From the NCBI RefSeq assembly GCF_009914755.1, contig NC_060936.1: a stretch of DNA of 64,000 nucleotides, one strand, 5' to 3'. This DNA comes from the human T2T-CHM13v2.0 reference genome, Homo sapiens. The notes under the pieces were generated by a model, which was given only the letters and a program-made list of their open reading frames with translations, was not told the DNA's origin and did no database searches. Shown here piece by piece: positions 60,014 through 64,000 of this stretch; the first letter of the stretch is position 1; the number at the start of each line of letters is the position of its first letter. A program made the position numbers and the translations under genes.

Positions 60014-62079
60014 TTTCTTTATCCACTCATTGATGAGCATTTGAGCTGGTTCCATATTTTTGCAATTGTGAATTGTGCTGCTCTAAACATGCATGTCAAG
60101 TATTTTTCTCATATAATGATTTATTTTCCTCTGGGTAGATACCCAATAGTGTGATTTCTGAATCAAATGGTAGTTCTACTTTTAGTTCTTTAAGGAATCG
60201 CCAAACTGTTTTCCACAGTGGTTGTGCTAGTTTACATTCCCATCAGCAGTGGAAAAGTGTTTTGTTTCCACTACACCTAGGCCAACATCTATTTTTTTTT
60301 ATTGTTAAATTATGGCCATCCTTGATGGAGTAAAGTGGTATGGCATTGTGATTTTGATTTGCATTTCCCAGATAATTAGTAAAGTTGCACATTTTTTATA
60401 TGTTTGTTGGCCATTTGTATATCTTCTTTTGAGAATTTTCTATTCATGTCATTAGCCCACTTTTTGATGAGATTGTTTTTTTCTTGCTGATTTGAGTTCC
60501 TTGTAGAATTTGAATATTAATCCTTTGTCATATGCATAGTTTGCAAAGATTTTCTCCCATTCTGTGGGTTCTGTTTACTCTGCTGATTGTTTCTTTTGCT
60601 GTGCAGAAGCTTTTTAATTTAATTAAGTCCCATCCATTTATCTTTGTTTTTGTTGCATTTGCTTTTGGGTTATTGGTCATGAAGTCTTTGCCCAAGCCAA
60701 TGTCTAGAAGGGTTTTTCTGATACTATCTTCTAGAATTTTTATGATTTCAGATTGAACATTTAAGTCCTTGATCCATCTTGAGTTGATTTTCCTATAAGG
60801 CAAGAGATGATAATCCAATTTCATTCTTCTACATGTGGCTTACAACTATCCCAGCATCATTTGTTGAATAGGGTGTACTTCCCACACTTTATGTTTTTGT
60901 TTGCTTTGTTGAAGATCAGTTGGTTGTAAGCATTTGGCCTTATTTCTGGGTTCTCTATTCTGTTGCATTGGTCTATGTGCCTATTTTTATACCAGTACCA
61001 TGTTGTTTTGGTGACAATAGATTTGTAGTATAGTTTGAAGTCAGGTAATGTGATGCCTCCAGATTTGTTCTTTTGTTTAGTTTTGCTTTGGCTATGCGGG
61101 CTCTTTTTTGGTTTCATATGAATTTTAAAATAGTTTCTTTCTCTAATTCTGGGAAGAATGTCAATGGTAGTTTAGTGGAAACAGTATGGAATCTATAAAT
61201 TAGTATGGTCACACTCACAATATTGATTCTACTCATTCATAACATGGGATGTGTTTCCATTTGTTTGTGTCATCTATGATTTCTTTCAACAGTGTTTTGT
61301 AGTTTTCCTGTAGAGGTGTTTCACCTTCTTGGTTAGGTATATTCCTAATTACTTTACTTTTTTACAGCTTTGTAAAAGGGATTAAGTTCTTAATTTGATT
61401 CTCAGCTTGGTCTCTGTGGTATAGTAGTGCTACTCATTTATTTATATTAATTTTGTATCCTGAAACTTTCACAATACAAACTCTTAGAAAACTAGGTATA
61501 GAAAGAAATCTCCTCAACTTTATAGACAGTATCTACATAAAACCTACAGCTAACATTGTACTTAATAGTGAGAAACTGGATGTCTTCCCTCTAAGTTCAG
61601 GGCAAAGGAAAACATTTCCTTTCAACCAGTCCTTTTCATCATTTTACCGGAAGTCCTAGTTAGTGCAATAATACGAAAAAAGTAAGTATAGTTATACAGA
61701 TTATAAGTGAAGAAGTAAAACTCTCTCTACTCATAGATGACATGATTGTATATGTAGAAAATCACAAGAAAATCCTATAGGTAATATGCAGTTACAGCAA
61801 AGTTAATATACAAAACAAACAAAGAACTAAGGTTAACATACAAAAGCCAATGACTTTCTTATATAGCAGCAATTAACAATTGGAATTTGAATTTAAAAAA
61901 GCAATATCATATATAATAACCAAAAAAATGAAATACTAACACAGAAACTTAACAAAATATGTAAATAACATATATACAAAAACTACAAAACACTTATGAA
62001 AGAGATCAAAGAAGATCTAAATGAATGGAGAGAAAAGTTCATGTTCAAGGATTAGAAGACTCAGCTTTTTTTTTTTTTT

Positions 62080-63715
62080 CCTTCAAGATGGCTAACTAGA
62101 GACACTGGACACCAGTTCTCCTCAGAAAGAAGGACCAAAATTACATATAGATAATCACATCTTGAATAGGCTATCAAGGAGGGTTTACTAGAACCCAATA
62201 GAGAACTCCTGGGAAAACAACAACAACAAAAAAAAACTGAGGCACAGAAAAGGAAGAAAGCAAGAGGCCAACGTGGCTAGCATAGATCAGCTGGGAGTCA
62301 CAAGGGACTTGGTGTTGTGTGGAAAAGGTAAGTGGAAATACTTTTACTCCCCTCATTCCTGTGGCAGACTGCCAGTATTTAAACTGTGGGAGAACTCCTC
62401 TGCACTTGCAAGCCCTGACATCATTGAAGGTAATGATTTGGAGATTTCTCGAGAACATTACACCAGACTATGAATTCAGGCTGCGTCACTTGCCTTCCCC
62501 TGACACTCAAGTGACTGTGGTGTGTTGCCATTGTCAGGGCACAGCCACTGGGGGACTGTATCTTTCCCTGGGAACCTCAGCTCTTGTGCTCCACATCTTG
62601 GGAGTTCTTGCAGGTATTCCTCAGCACCTACTCAGACAGCAGCAGCAGTACAGTGCTAGCTGGACCCAAGATAACTGCAGGGTTCCCAGGGATCTAGCCC
62701 TCAGGGAGTACTACTCCTAAGGGAAAGTAAAGTGTAGCATACAACAGGGAAAGCCCCTGGGACAAAGGAAACCAAAGCACATGCCTTCTAGGGTCTACCA
62801 GCTCACTACATGGGGCTGTGATTGGCAACTCCATCCGCCAGAGACCCAAATTCTGTGCTGGACTCTGTAAGCAAGAAGCAAAATCCCATCCCACTGGCCG
62901 AGTCACCTCGGTGCCCTAACCCATGCATAGAGGGGAGGACTTCTCCCTCTCCACTCATCACGGCAAAGGCTGCCATTTCTCCTTCCATGGGAAGTTGACA
63001 CAGGCAAACTAGAAGGCAGGCTGCCTGGGAATGTGAAGGGTGGCTGAGTGTCCACCGGCAGCATGAACTCCTGACCCCAGCTTGCCCAAAATGTAGGGTC
63101 CTTCCCCATCTCTGCATGAAGTTGTAGCTTTCCTGCCATGGAGACCAGGAGAGCTGTAGAGCTGTATTTGGTGTTGTTGGGAGAGACTTTACACTGTGCT
63201 CCAGACCACACAGAAGTTTAGTGGTGAGCCATGGAGCAGGCATCTCCTATGGCTCCATGCCACATTGCAATTTGGAAGTAAACAGCAGTGTTTAACCAAG
63301 CTGAATATCCCAAGCACCAGGATGGGCATATGACAGATAAACAGATCACATTCCTGCCTGCCAAGGCCACAGCACTGAGATAGTCCCATCCTTCTCTCCC
63401 AACCCCTTTTCAGGGACCTCAGCACATTTCATAAAGGTCCCAATGACTTCCCTGCTACCCCCATCGGGGTTGGTGCTTGAACGTGCTATTAGTGGACCCA
63501 AGGGCAGCAGGCTTGTTCGATCCAGCTCCATTTAGCTTCATCCTTTCTCCCAGGCTGTGTTCTGGGAACAAGCCCATTGTCTGAGGCCCTGGAGTGCTTC
63601 CCTCCATAAGTGAAGATCAGGCATAAACCATGCTGCTGCCACCGGCAGTCAGTTCTTATCTGTGAGTGCCACCTACTGGCCTGGAGGTTGACCTGAACAA
63701 CCCAGTACAAACTCT
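62080..63715 (+). mobile_element. L1 5'UTR-like GC-richer block (L1M2/L1MA-type 5' end)
   Basis: Begins CCTTCAAGATGGCTAACTAGAG, with a YY1-type CAAGATGGC as at L1 5' ends. Abrupt GC increase, and ACCTACTGGCCTGGAG near the end. Confidence 0.65.
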
Positions 63716-63734
63716 TTTGACACAAGTATTAAAC

Positions 63735-64000
63735 GTAATGGCAAAAGTTGGCATTCTGATACAATCTAACTTCAAGACTTACTATGAGGCTACAATAATC
63801 AAGAAAATGTGGCATTGGGGTAAGAATATAAACACAGATCGAGAGAACAGGATAAAGCCCCAAAATACATGTAAACAAATATGGTCAATTTATCTTTGAC
63901 AAAGAAGCAAAAGCAATTCAATTGAGAAATTACAGTCTTTACAAGAAATCACGCTGAAGCAAATTGGATGCCCATTGCATAGTTTGTTTGTATTGCTATA
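63735..64000 (+). mobile_element. L1 ORF2 3' region, runs off the window end
   Basis: ORF 63666..63899 KVGILIQSNFKTYYEATIIKKMWHW, and TTTGACAAAGAAGCAAAAGCAATTCAAT. Confidence 0.8.

Larger units (their letters stand above)
59221..61467 (-). mobile_element. L1PB1-like 5'-truncated element
   Basis: 3'UTR TTTCAATAGTTTTTGGGAAACAGGTGGTGTTTGG...TTCTGAGATTTTGGTGCACCC. ORF2 peptides [16 protein letters not shown] and [13 protein letters not shown]. Confidence 0.9.

Noticed and set aside
62174-63725. Cluster of 60-145 aa ORFs on both strands
   Set aside because: Expected from the higher GC of a repeat-derived block. The frames overlap and show no recognisable homology.

Overview
This is not a prokaryotic window. 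It is AT-rich, repeat-dense primate DNA, almost certainly human: it carries an AluYa5 matching the consensus as I recall it, at 46160-46456. It looks intergenic or deep-intronic. I find no credible protein-coding exon, RNA gene, CpG island or CRISPR array. The supplied ORFs are short chance ORFs or remnants of L1 ORF2, Tigger1 transposase, Alu or LTR sequence. Content: many Alus (FLAM, J, S, Y, Ya5), L1s of several ages (L1PA2-, L1PA5-, L1PB-, L1MA-, L1MC-like, HAL1/L1ME), ERV1 and MaLR solo LTRs, DNA transposon fossils (Tigger1, MER2, MER5A, MER47), L2/MIR remnants and microsatellites. The most notable structure is a 475-bp inverted duplication (42325-42799 / 43743-44217; 21 mismatches and no indels by manual count, about 95.6% identity) around a 943-bp spacer. 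That geometry is typical of a recurrent, inverted-repeat-mediated inversion. Other points of interest are two twin-primed (5'-inverted) L1s, two candidate L1 3' transductions, a poly(A)-less L1 fragment between direct repeats, and a deeply nested L1 cluster at 53.9-64 kb. Subfamily names come from recalled consensus sequences and need RepeatMasker/Dfam confirmation. I do not see evidence for a new multi-gene biological system.
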